This document shows, piece by piece, positions 23,039 to 35,832 of a stretch of DNA of 64,000 nucleotides (position 1 is its first letter; each line of letters starts with the position of its first letter). The position numbers were made by a program, and so were the translations under genes. The DNA comes from Octopus bimaculoides (lineage: Eukaryota): the NCBI RefSeq assembly GCF_001194135.2, contig NC_068981.1:99643005-99707004 (forward strand), read 5' to 3'. The notes below the pieces were generated by a model, which saw only the letters and a list, made by a program, of their open reading frames with translations, was not told the origin of the DNA and did not search any database.

Positions 23039-24485
23039 TTGACAGTAACTTCAAAGTTTCAGCCAACTAAGCCATCATTGGCTGCACACATTGGCTTATG
23101 AATGAAAGAGGAGTGCTCAATACATATAGTAGAGGATATGGTTCTTTGTTATTGAAACTGAAGCTGAGTTTGTCTCGTGACTCAAGTTTGTTTGAACAGA
23201 AAAATGCTATATACACACACACAGAGGCACATGCATCCCTCACATACACATTGTTCTGTGCTTATGTTTCTGATTGCACTTATCTCCCCAACCTTTCCTC
23301 TTTGCGAGAGTTGATCTACCTCCAATCCTCAGTACTTACCCCTACCACCTCCATCACATCTACTCCAACCTATTTTCTTCCATAACTACTAGCACCTCCT
23401 TTACCAAAACTCAACTTATCTTACTGATACTAACCAATTTCTTATTGTTTTTGCAGTCACTTTTCCATGCATGCATGGGTTGGATGGAATTTTTGTCAAG
23501 CCAATTTTCTTCAGCTGGATCCTGTCACCAAACCTCATCTGTTTCCAAGAAAAGTAATATTTCCTTATAACCAGACATGTATTCCACTTCTCAATCATTG
23601 TTCATACATCATCATCACCATTAGTTTCTATAAATACTTCTTCTTCTTCCATCATCTTTGAAACTGTGCATTCTCCACCTCTCCAACCATTACACAGAGC
23701 GATTTCTGTATCCATCAGTTCTTTACCTATATATCTATCCTTCTATCTGGTATACTATTTAACCAACTAAACCACACCATTTCATTCAATGTCTGGTGAA
23801 GCCTTTGGGCAAAACTAAGTATAATTTGTTGGACTCATAGCTATTGATTAATATATATCTACATACACACATGGAGAAGGAGCACAAAGGAAATGGTTAA
23901 ATGAATATTATGAACATTAATGTATTAGTTTAATCAAAATAATGCATCTACAGTATTAATTAAATGAGTTTATACTTATATTTAATTTTTGTTTTACTTC
24001 AATATTGATAATTTCTTGACTAAATTAATATTGCTAATGATTATTTTCATTCAAAATGTTGTATAATAATAAACTGAGAAACATTTATTTTGGGATAAGG
24101 TGTCAGTATGTCAAAACTATTTGCTGTTAATGCTACTTTCAATCTCCATGTTATGTTTGAATTCTTTATCATTTATCCTTACAACAATAAGGTTTTAAAC
24201 TAGTTGAAATTGTGTTAATATTAATTTATGAAAGTAAAGAATACTTTAGTTATTATGCCTACTTTAAATATAATCTAATAAACTAATTAATTTCAAGGCA
24301 AGTACTAATATAATGCAGGCATGAGAAGAAATCACTGAAAGATGTATTAGGATTTTAGAAAATACTGGTTGGCATAGGTGGTTGAAGATGAAAATGTTAA
24401 GAGTTCAATTAATATCTTAGAACATAGAAAACATGACTTTGCTCTCTCTCTCTCTCTCTCTGTGTGCATAAAGTAAAATATGATA

Positions 24486-25206
24486 TCAGGCTGAGTAAAA
24501 AGTAAGCAACGTTTTGAAACAGGAAATTTATCACAATATATTTCAACAATGTGGACATTTTACTCATCAGAGTAAGTACTTTTATTATCAACACATTTTT
24601 GCCAACGAGTTACAAGTTTGTTTATTCCAGTAACATAAAAATCTGGAGTTCTGGAGCTGATGAACTCTTTGCAGGCACTTTCAGTATCAGTTTGATTTTT
24701 GAGCTCCTCTTGCAGGAAACCATCAATGTTCTTGAAAAAGTGATAGTCAGTAGGAGAAAGGTCTGGGGAATAAGCTGGATGGGGAAGAACTTCATAGCCA
24801 AGTTCCCTCAACCTCTGGAGCATTATTAGTGAAAAGTGATTGAGCATTGTCATGAAGAATGATTGGCCTTCTTCTGTTGACCAGTCTGGGATGGAGGTGT
24901 AGCAGTTTTTCGTTCATTTTGGCAATTTCATGGCGATATGCTTCTGCAGTAATGGTTTTTCTGAGTTTTAAGAAGTTATAGTGGATGAGTCCAGCAGTAC
25001 ACCACTAAACAGTAACCATAACCTTCATTTTGAAGAGTTTGGGTTTAGGGAAGGTTTTTGTTGTTAATTTATTGATGCATTTGGGAAAGTCTATGTCTGT
25101 ATTTTCAGACAATTGTGAAAATAAAATTTAAAAGTGATTCAAACCTCTGCAAAATGGTACAAATTCTTCATGGTTTAAAACATTGCTTACTTTTTACTCA
25201 ACCCAA
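24486..25206 (-). mobile_element. Internally deleted copy of the 18108-19402 mariner
   Basis: Same TIRs, TA flanks at 24484-24485 and 25207-25208. ORF 24560-24853 HPAYSPDLSPTDYHFF. About 550 bp of the 5' transposase region is missing at ~25060. Confidence 0.9.
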
Positions 25207-26569
25207 TATTTTCAACTAGCACTCAAAATTATATAGAGTCAACTTTCTGGACACTTACTAGATTATGGCACTTGCTATTAAGAGAAGGCTGTTGCTAAAA
25301 TATGCATCTGTATATTATAGGAGTTGAATCAATCAACTATGACCTTGTACTTAAAATTGTACTATGTCAAAATAAATATCTAGGACAGTCATGTAGCTAT
25401 CTATAATGTTTATTTCATGTGGCCAAATATACAGGTGTCTGTTTGCTGTAGAGAAGGAAGTAAGCTCTTAGTTTCAATTCCAAGCTGTAACTATTTCACT
25501 TAACTTACATTGTTAACTTTCTTTAAAACGCATGAAAGCCACAACTTCCAGTTCTTTTTCTTCTGAAACCTTGGGTTCCATGCTTATGAGGAAAAATTAA
25601 CAGAAAATCAACCTCAAAACCTTGTCTTTGAGTCATCATGACAATACAATTACAAGCTACTTCTGGAAATTAAATAACTTTAGAAATAAAAGATAAATGC
25701 AGAAGCTTCTATGTAGAAACTGTTCTTATGATTATACTGATTTCTAACAACATATAGCCTTAGGTGCAAGATATAAGTTCCCCAAGATATGTTTCACACA
25801 GACAACAATTTCTTTTTCCTGATATGCAATTGCATATATATTTATGCATAGCCCAACTATCCCAGCAAAAATGCAAGTGCATTATCACTGGTAAACCTTA
25901 ATGACAGTTTTATTTAATCAACATGCACCATTGTTATTTCTATTAATTCTATTTTCCATCTCACTTTTTGCACCCCACCGCAAAAAAAAAAAAACTAAAA
26001 GAAAATTACTCAAATTTCTATATGCAAAGTTGGGCCTATATTACAAGTATGAATGCATGAAAAGCTTTTTTCTGAATATGTTCCGCTGAATTGTAGTGCA
26101 TTTAATATGCCAGTGCATCTTCTATGGCATCAAACATGGTATATTTTTCTTGAGTAACCAATTGCAGCATTTTTCACATCTTTAAAACTACCATCACAAC
26201 AAGTGACTCACCTTCCATTAACCTTTTAAATTTTTCTTTCCATAACATCAGTGATAACAATATAANNNNNNNNNNAATACTGTGTAATAGACAGATGTAA
26301 ACATCCTGGTGACAGGAAAAGTAGATAAGCCAGACTAACTTCAGTCTTGTATTGAAATTTCCTCAATGACCAGGTACACTTCTAAACTGTCTATAGAGAC
26401 ACTACTTATAAACTCACTATTACTACAGGCTTATGTAAAGATGATTGACCTACTAGCATTATATGATATATGCAAACCGGTCTTTCTGTTTTGGCAGCAA
26501 GTGTAATTACTATTAATATACTATTAATAGTAATTACTATTAGTGCATTAATACTATTAGTGCATTAAT

Positions 26570-26730
26570 ATTTTGTTTCAATGCTATATTATACTGTAGA
26601 ATATATCAATAGGTTTTAGTCATAAAGATATTTTATATAAAAAGACAAGGTGTTTATAGCTGTCTGTTACTTAATTTTGGTTACAGTTTATAGATATATT
26701 CTGCAGTATAGTACAGCATTGAAACAAAAT
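26570..26730. repeat. MITE-like inverted repeat, 38-bp arms
   Basis: attttgtttcaatgctatattatactgtagaatatatc versus gatatattctgcagtatagtacagcattgaaacaaaat. Confidence 0.75.
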
Positions 26731-27032
26731 GCTCATAATACACCAATAATTTATTAAACAATTTATATATGCAAACAACAACTATACTTCTGAATCAATA
26801 ATAGAGCTTCTATGTGATCACTGAATTTGTGAGAAATAGCCATCAAATCTTCCTTGACCACTTAAAAAACAAGAAAAGGAAACAATAAATAATGTAATAC
26901 TAGATACACTATGTCTTATTAAAGGCTGGAATGACTTTGATCACAGGTCTGTTTGAAGAGAGTTAAACCAAGGCTGAAATAATGACAATCTTTTTGTAGG
27001 CAGCGGATTATTTGTCTTGCAACACTGTCAAC

Positions 27033-27259
27033 GGCGAGCTGGCAGAAACGTTAGCACACCGGGCGAAATGCTTAGCGGTATTTCGTCTGCCGCTACGTTC
27101 TGAGTTCAAATTCCGCTGAGGTCGACTTTGCCTTTCATCCTTTCGGGGTCGATTAAATAAGTACCAGTTACGCACTGGGGTCGGTATAATCGACTTAATC
27201 CGTTTGTCTGTCCTTGTTTGTCCCCTCTGTGTGTAGCCCCTTGTGGGTAGTAAAGAAAT
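27033..27259 (+). mobile_element. tRNA-derived SINE, family B, young copy
   Basis: ggcgagctggcagaaacgttagc...gagttcaaattcc...aaagaaat. Perfect 12-bp TSD AACACTGTCAAC (27021-27032, 27260-27271). Confidence 0.9.
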
Positions 27260-28883
27260 AACACTGTCAACAAGCACAAAGCATCAATGTTGTAATTGTT
27301 AATCATTATTGGTGCTCTTGTCACTTCATTTTGTCCATAACCTGAGTAACACTAGTCTAAAAATATTCAGATTTTGTTATTTAGTATCAGTGGAAATCAA
27401 ACTATCAAACACTTCTTACAAGGGCCAAGGCAGATGAAGTTCTGAAGTTTTAGAAAAAGAACTCCCATCCTCGAAAACACTGGCCCCAAAACAAAGCAAT
27501 GTTAGTAATGGGTGTATCAGCCCCTAATGCAAATGTATTTTCAAATATTTGCTGGTATACAAGTGCAATGGTTCTGGGTTAAGTGGAACACTAGAGGTAT
27601 CAAGAAAAAGCTGCAGTTAGAGAGAAGATGGATAGCTGGAGGGCCCAGTTGTGCATATACATACATATACAGTGCTTTCAGAATGTAGTTTGTTGTTAGC
27701 TCAAAGAATTGAGTTAGCACACTCATTACTGAATGTCAGGCTTTCAGTAATACTTATTCTTTATATTAGCAAGTAAAAAAAAAACAAAAAAACATTTAGG
27801 TATATATTTGAAGGATCTGTAGAATAAATACAAACATTGGAATGTTATTTTCTAAAGGGAAAAAACTACTAGACCACCAAATGTCCTACATTTTTTTTTA
27901 CACAAGGCATGTAAATAAAAATGTATTATCAATTATTAAAAGCTACACCAAATACAAAACATTAAAAATAAATGATGGTGCATTTTAATATACTTGAGAA
28001 AAAATTCTTAATGTAGTTCTTTCTTTTTAATCTACTCAATTTTGAGATGATTTCAATTAAATCTTAAAATACTTCTAATGGAATCCTCTTACAGTAGTAC
28101 TCCAAAGCTTTGATACTCTTCATAATTTTGTATCTATTTTTTAAATGCTACTTGTGTTTAAAGTGACCCTGTAAATGTAAATATATAAATAAAATACCGA
28201 ATATGTGTACTTTACAGGTGAATTATTGCTTCCTTCAAACATCAGCCAACCATGATGCAGATGTGATACCTAAGTTTAGGAATTAAAGCAGAGGAATATC
28301 GCTTGTTTAAAAGGGCAATAAATGATTTTTCACATGGCTTGAGCTGATAACACATGTTATAGCTATTTTGAGGGATAGATTAAATATCAGTTGATGTTAT
28401 ATACATTGGCAGGCAACAGTGCTTGCAACTGTTTTATCAATTTTTCATGGAACTCATTCTCTTATATTTCTGATGGCTTAGAAAAAAGAGATAAACATTG
28501 AAATTTTTCCATCTAAAGCTTTGTAGATAAACAAAAAATCATCATCAACCACAAATCATTCTATTATTTGCACCTCATGTAATCTTAAGTCTTCTTTGAG
28601 CAAACTTTTTTTTCTGAAATGAACTTGATAGATAGTTGTTAAACAATAAATTTGAAACACTGTTCTTGATGTGCTGACAGGAAGCAAAAATACAACAATA
28701 AATATTGACAAAAAAAAAAAAAATTAAATTATTATTTCATGACTTTTGAGTAACAACACCTAATAAATCCTGAGTGGTTGCCTCTGCAAAGTGTTATCTT
28801 AATTTTATTAATAAAAACGTATTTTATTGTCATTCTCCTTTCTTGTTCATTAATTTTGGAAAATAACAAAATCATTATCTCAC

Positions 28884-29092
28884 CTCTAATAATCCTTCAT
28901 TTACAAATTGCACTCTTGACTTGAAAATAATGATGTCAATTAAATAAACAAAGTCACACAGGTAATCCAATGCCATCCAATAGTAGAAGTTGTCCTCTGT
29001 TTGGTAAGGGAAGACACCCCGCAGAGGTATCACGGTGCAGTTGTATAAAAAAGCCAGAGTAACTAATGCAAGCCAGGACATATATAATTTAC
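28884..29092 (-). CDS. CNGB: Exon of CNG channel beta subunit, S1-S2 (SKLYMSWLALVTLAFLYNCTVIPLRGVFPYQTEDNFYYWMALDYLCDFVYLIDIIIFKSRVQFVNEGLLE)
   Basis: Acceptor ttcttttctttcttcttctctAG, donor GAG|GTGAGA, 209 nt. FPYQTxDN...W...DYLCD..Y..DI..F..R.QFV is characteristic of beta (CNGB1/CNGB3/tax-2) rather than alpha subunits. Family call is from motif recognition, not a database search. Confidence 0.95.
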
Positions 29093-29450
29093 CTAGAGAA
29101 GAAGAAAGAAAAGAACATGATCATTATCACTATGATAGCAGTATCAATTCAAAACACAATCACATAAATGAGGGATACTGACTTCTAATCAATCACAATT
29201 CAGGCAATTAACAAAACCTTCACATACAACCATAAACACAATTAGCAATATACATGAACACTACAAGAACATTATTTTCAACTAGCTGGTCCTGTGCCAT
29301 CAAAAATGATGGCTAATTATAGTATTTTATATATGAAAATGGATGGTAAATCAAATTAATACACTTGTCCATGTTATCTAGTGGTTGTCTTTTGGAATGT
29401 GACATCGATCATCGTTTGTTACTGAAAGAACGCTAGTTCATATATACTGA

Positions 29451-29950
29451 CATTCACATACTTCCCTTGTACACGCACACACATATGCACATATACTCAC
29501 ACAAAGTTGAAACGCTGTTTGATTTTTCTTTTCAGCATTAAATGTTCACCATCCCACTTCCATTGCATATACACACACAAACATTCACATACCTCCCTTT
29601 TACATACACACACATATACTCACACAGAGTTGAAACACTCTTACTACCAGTTTGTCATCACCTCTTCTTTTCTCATTCATATGTTGTGATGGAGAAAAAC
29701 ATGAGTATTATTATAGTAGATAAAGTACAAAATAAGGTAGATAATAATAACAGATACAAACATTCACATACTTCCCTTGTACACGCACACAAATACACAC
29801 ATATACTCACACAGGGTTGAAATGCTGTTTGATTTTTCTTTCTAGCATTGAATGTTCACCATCCCACTTCCATTGCACACACACACACATTCACATGACC
29901 CCCTTTTACATACACACACATACTCATGCAGAGTTGAAACTCTAATTTTT
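29451..29950. repeat. Diverged tandem duplication, period ~309 bp, with an internal ~130-bp sub-repeat
   Basis: acattcacatacttcccttgtacacgcacac...gttgaaa.gctgtttgatttttc at ~29451 and ~29760. Confidence 0.8.
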
Positions 29951-30122
29951 TTTTTCACAGAACTTCCATCATCCCAAAACTAAGTTTNNNNNNNNNNNNN
30001 NNNNNNNNNNNNNNNNNNNNNNNNNNNNNNNNNNNNNNNNNNNNNNNNNNNNNNNNNNNNNNNNNNNNNNNNNNNNNNNNNNNNNNNNNNNNNNNNNNNN
30101 NNNNNNNNNNNNNNNNNNNNNN

Positions 30123-30162
<40 letters not shown>

Positions 30163-31008
30163 ATAATAATTAACTAAACAATATCAATTTCCTATTTATA
30201 GTCATATTCAGGGATGGATGCCTAATTTGTCATAATAAAACCCTAGTAATAGAAAATTCCAGAGACCAATTTAAGCCACATTGGACATCTCTCTGCAGTA
30301 ATCTAAATTAATCCATGCTGGTTGAATAGCATATCACATGTTCCATGCACACATTTCTATACTGTCCATTGCAATACCAAACACTGATTGATTCTCACTT
30401 ATGTAAACATTGTTTTAGGTGATGCTAAACCAGAGTTTATACAATGTAATAAACTTATAAGCCACTGACCAAGAGTGTGACAGGCTTATCTTATTGCTAC
30501 AATTCTGATTACTCAACACAAACACAATCGGAAGATCACTTACACTACTACCTCATGGCCACCAACACAACTACCAAAGCTAAAGATGGAACACCTACAC
30601 AGTCACTCAACTGTTTAGAAATAGCAGCTAAATTTCCCTCAGGTCAAGACATATTATGACAATCATGATACAGATATATAAGGAGGCCAAATAGCTACAT
30701 CGGGAATGCGTTTTATTATATAAGTCTACTTGGTCATAACTGAACTCTCAATGTAGTCACTTGATTTGCTGGAAAGAGTAGCTAAACCTACACAAAATCA
30801 AATCCTATCATCTAAAAACAGGAAAAATGATTTTAGGTAATGTGATCCTAAATTATCTAGTCTGCTTGACCAGGGCTTACCTAAGGTTACACAACAGCAA
30901 CAACACTATACCAAATCTGTATAACTATTAACTAAATGACAATTACTATCAATAGTATCTTACATTACCCTTACTACCAAAGTATTCATAACAGAATTAC
31001 TATTTTAA

Positions 31009-31220
31009 CCCTTTAGCGCTAAGATTACTCTATCAAATATAATGGTTACATTATTGTGAATTACTCATGCATTGTATTGTAGCTTTGAAATTTCAGTGAT
31101 GGGATTCTTTACTTTGGGAATGACATTGTAGAGTAGGCCTAAGAGGTCTGATCTGGCTAGTTTGAAAATAAAACAGAAAGAATATTTGGGCCAGATATGG
31201 CCAGTTTAAATGCTATGATG
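31009..31220. mobile_element. piggyBac-type MITE (degenerate right TIR)
   Basis: TTAA|CCCTTTAGC... and ...tgctatgatg|TTAA. Confidence 0.55.
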
Positions 31221-31471
31221 TTAAGGCATTGAGCTACTTATTACATTGTCATAGATTCAAATCAATACTACTATAATTGACAAAGTGGGAACTAACATAT
31301 CAATGTTATCACAACAAATATATCAGCATTACTATTTTAACTTCACAGTAGTTATGATATTAAGGTGATGGGCTAATTATTATTTAGTAATAAGTTCAAA
31401 TTGTTAATATAATTGCTTAGATGGGAGCTAATATACATAATTTAATAAGCTAAGAAGTTAAAATAGTTTAA

Positions 31472-31691
31472 CCCTTTCATTACCAACCCAGCTGAAACTG
31501 GCTCCGGTTTTGAGTACAAATGTCTTGTTTTCATAAGTTTTGAATTAGAATCTTCTTCCAAACCTTAGTTACAATTTATGTTTCTAACACTAGCTGAATG
31601 ATAACTAAGTTATTTTACTAAATTCTTTGTTATATTTAAAGTAATTGAAAGAAACACAGAGTATCTCAAAGAAAATACAGTAACGAAAGGG
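31472..31691. mobile_element. piggyBac-type MITE, 220 bp
   Basis: TTAA TSD on both sides (31468-31471, 31692-31695), TIR CCCTTTCATTAC / GTAACGAAAGGG. Confidence 0.85.
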
Positions 31692-32577
31692 TTAAGATTA
31701 CATCCTTAGAGGGAGAAATAATCATCTTACAAATGATGAATTCTGGTAAGAAAATTCACAGGGAAACAACTCTAAAATTTAAATTAACAAATTAAAATTA
31801 TCTACGAATAGAATGCAATGGGGAATGAATCAAATTTTTGGTATACTGAGACAACTCTGAATCTACTTCCTCATCAAGGAAATATAGTTTGTTACTGCCA
31901 GATCTTAGTTGTCTAGAGCTAGAGAAATATATAAGTTGTTATGGAATGTCCCATTTACAGTTTGTGAATGGCAAGTGGCAAGAAGGGCATTCAACCGGAA
32001 AAACAATTGCTACAACACTAAAACTATCCTACTGAAACAAGCACAGTAAAATGGATGTAAAAAAAAAAGTCATTTGGTGGCACTTTAACATGATCATAAT
32101 CAGAATGATAAAACTAGAACTAGATTTTTAAGAATAAATAAAACTGAATGTAACCATGTGATTTAAAGTTCAGTCACACTGCATGGCACATTGGACAAAG
32201 TGTCTTCTACCACAGCCCCAAATCAACCAATGTCTTGTTAGTGAAACTTGGCAGATGGAAAGCTTTATAGGAGTCTCTGTGTGTGCGTTTTCTAAGTGTT
32301 TCACATTGACACTATCTATTTAAATAAAATGATGTTGTTTATTTATATAAACAATATATTCCATAGCTTGGTGGTTTCCATTGGAAAAAATTACCTTACT
32401 TGAATAATAAATGAGGTTTGGTGACAGGAAGGTCATCTGACCACAGCATACAACCTCAATATGATACGTGTCTTATGCCATAGAGAAAGAGAATGTGAAA
32501 GCAACAATGATGATAGCGATGATAATATATACACACACACACACATGTACACAATACACACATATTGTCACTGTTTT

Positions 32578-32579
32578 TG

Positions 32580-32611
<32 letters not shown>

Positions 32612-32790
32612 TTCATTTCACATTCGTTTTCTGTGCTGGCATGAGCTAGATGGTTCAGTAGGATCCAATGAGCTTGAGGATTGTGTCAGGCTCCACTGCC
32701 TACTTTGGTATGATTTCTCTGGGCGGATGCCTTTCCTAATGACAACCACTTTACAGAGTGTGCTGAGTGCTTTTTTTAAAGTATGGGACA
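32578..32790 (-). mobile_element. RTE 3'-end-type repeat with a long (CAT)n tail
   Basis: (CAT)n followed by the gctggcatgagctagatgg...ggatgcctttcctaatgacaaccact block shared with the other RTE ends. Confidence 0.6.
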
Positions 32791-33200
32791 ACTGAGGTTG
32801 CCAATTAACTAGCCAGGGAAAAAGCTCTCTTGACTGAGTGGAGATGCAGGGGAGTGTGGCCTTATGCCAGCTATTGAATGACATGATAGGCATTAAAAGG
32901 TGTGATAGAGGGACAAAAACTGGAGTCTTGCTGTAGAGGAGAAACATGGCTAATCTGCACTGTATACAGATGGGAGTAGCTGGAAAGAGATAAAGAATCA
33001 GAGCATATCCTCAAGGTACAAGAAGGTGAGTATAAGAGAGAAAAGGAACAGGATCAGGAAGGGTGGGTGGGTAGGCTTGCAAGAGTGTTAAAGGAGAGTG
33101 ATACATGATTAGAGATGGGGATAGTGGTAAATATAGTGAATGGTGAACAAGGTTGGAGGCATGGTCAATGATGAATATAAATTTGGAAAGGAAGTGTGTG

Positions 33201-33262
<62 letters not shown>

Positions 33263-33675
33263 CATTATCCTCATCATATCTTATGCCATAGAAAAAGAGG
33301 ATGTAAAAGCATTAATGATGATGGTACTGATATATATATATATATACAGACATGTACACAACACACACATGCATATCATCACCTCATTTTCTTGCCTGCA
33401 TGAGTCAGAAGAATTCATTGAGGCAGATTTTCTACATCTGAATGCCTTTCCTGTCACCGTCCCTGACCTGTTCCCAAGCAAGGTAATGTTTCCCCATGGC
33501 TGGACATGTTTACATGGAAGATTGGAAATGAATAACATGGCTTGTAAAATGGTAATATTCATTTACAACTATTGCATGCTGTCAAGACAAGGAAACACAA
33601 CCCCACCCCAGGCACACACACACACGCGCTCGCACACACACACGCGCTCGCACACACACACACACACCACACATA

Positions 33676-33828
33676 ATGAGCTTCTTTCAGTTTCTGTCAA
33701 CCAAATCTGCTCACAAAGGCTTGGCTGGCCTGGGGCTATAAGTAGAGGACACTTGTCCAAAATGTCACTCAGTGGGACTGAACCTGAAACCACAAGTTTG
33801 GGAAGCACACTTCTTAACCACGCAGCCA
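33676..33828 (-). mobile_element. SINE family A, 5' half
   Basis: gagcttctttcagtttctgtcaaccaaat...gaagcacacttcttaaccacgcagcca. Confidence 0.7.
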
Positions 33829-35791
33829 AAGTGTATTAGAATCACTATGCTTTGTGTGTGTGTTTTCTTCTATCGTTTTAGGGATTACTTCATTTTATTG
33901 CTTTTGAAATGATATATTTTTGCTCTCAGTATATTATTTAGACATAAAGATTCTTCAGAGGAGATTATCTTGAAACAATGCTATGTTTACTACTACTTCC
34001 TGAATTGTACTGATGGATTTCTGAGATTTAATGCCAGCCCTGTTAGATATTGCTGATAATAAATAAAACATTACTCTAACATATAATCTCAGGAAAAACT
34101 TTGCAGATCTCTCAATTTTGAAACAAGGCCAAGATATTTCATGTTTCATATGGATTACTGATATGTACAAGTCAAAACTGAAATGTTTTAGTTAAATCTA
34201 TTGATTTTTTTTATGGCTCATTAAAAGAGGTTATAAATATTCATGCATTAGGGGGTCAAAATCTCATCATCTGCTGAGAATTATTTGAATGATTTCCAAA
34301 AAGAAGCTAACTGCTTCTTTTATTCCACCAAGAAAATAGCATTTATTTCTGTTTTATAGTTGCAGTTGTTGTTGGTGTGCTGTTGTTATTGTTCCACATC
34401 ACTATGATTGTTGATGCAACAACAACAACATAACAAACATCATCACCTATTAAGGATATTGCCACTCAAAGCAATATAGCTAATTTTCTTTTTATCAAGA
34501 TTTTTTTCATTGATATTTATTAATAGTTTACAGGGTTGTGAACATGTGACCTAGTTTTAGATTTCTGCTTGAAGTCTTTTTCTTTTCATCGAAGTAGCTA
34601 TTAACCTTAGGAAAATCCTGTAAGCTATTAGTCCTATTTAACACTCCAGCCCTTTTCATAATTTGAAGCTTCATATCAGCCTAGTGATGGTAACAAATCT
34701 GCAACAGTCTACTTCCTTTGATGTATAATAAAGAGAAGTATTGTAAGTTATGTCCAGAAATGCATGTTCTACTGTGGTCATCAAAGACTGTTAGAGAAAG
34801 GAAAGAAGGAAGGTTAGAGAAAGGAAAGAAACGTTGCATAGAAATTTACTAAGCTTTGGTAAACTTTCAAATAAGAACTTTTAGGTTAAATATCTGAAGT
34901 TAGTTGCAAAATGCCAAATCTGTCAACTGCTTCTGTGCACTCTCCATCTTGTGTTAGATTTAAGAAATGAATTAGCTATTTGTGCAGAGTTAAATTGTGT
35001 GCAAGGAAACTATCCAGTTTTGTGACAGCAGATTACTGTCTTTGTGTTGTAGGCATAATAGAAATCAAGGTTGGGGTAGTTGAAGAAAGAGAGCCAGCTA
35101 ATTCATTAAATATTCTTACCAATCTTCAAATACTATTTGAGAATAGAAAATAAGAGTAAGAACTGAAGAAGTGGCTCTCTCTAAATATATTGTGCTGAGG
35201 TTGTTAATTAAAGTTTAATAGCTATCATTAAATGGGTTTAACTAAATGATGTATTTTTCATTGACATCACTGACAAGACCAGAGAAGGTCAAAATCATGT
35301 GAACTGGTGGTCTTGGTGTTGGGAGTAGTAGGGATTTATCTCTTTGCTAGTGATATAAACAAGAATGCATTTTGCATCAAAAAGCCAATATGAGGGCTTC
35401 TCTCAGGGTAGCTGTAGCACTATAGTTTGTTCTAATAGAACATCAATGTTTAAGTGGGGATAAATATTACCTCTCAGTATTAATACTGCCTCTGTCACTA
35501 ATATATATATATATTTTTTAACATTTTCCAAGTGTTCTATAATCCTTAATGGGTCACTGAGTTGCCACAAGAGGCTACACTTTCATCAAGTGTATTGTGA
35601 AAAAGTTAGTATGGTAGAACCTGTCTTTATTCAGGCATTTTTTATGGCATGGAATTGCAGGTTTGAAGAATAAAGAGACCCAGCTGTGAAATGAATTAGT
35701 GTGAAACTCAGCTTGCCTAGGATTTACCATTATACTATCATACTATGTAAAAATCTTAGTCAACTAATCAAGCAGACTTGAGTAGACTAAT

Positions 35792-35832
35792 CTGTGCTGA
35801 TGAAGCCTAATATACTGAAACATGTCCCATAG
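35792..35832 (+). ncRNA. Degenerate minimal hammerhead-like motif of a second family
   Basis: CTGTG-CTGATGA-AG(cctaatata)CT-GAAA-CAT-GTC-c-CATAG: intact core, palindromic ACATGT stem III, GUC triplet, weak stem II, 1-nt offset in stem I. Confidence 0.5.

Noticed and set aside
25509-25562. 54-nt AG...GTAAGT-bounded open segment (KKKNWKLWLSCVLKKVNN), the right size for the next CNGB exon
   Set aside because: Weak pyrimidine tract and no resemblance to the expected TD...R.NY...FK linker; at most a cryptic exon.
28093-28168. Strong-looking acceptor (tttacatttacAG) and GTAAGA donor close to the S1-S2 exon
   Set aside because: Stops in all three frames.
34365-34435. (GTT)n/(AAC)n inverted microsatellite hairpin
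   Set aside because: Low-complexity; expected by chance in this repeat-rich DNA.
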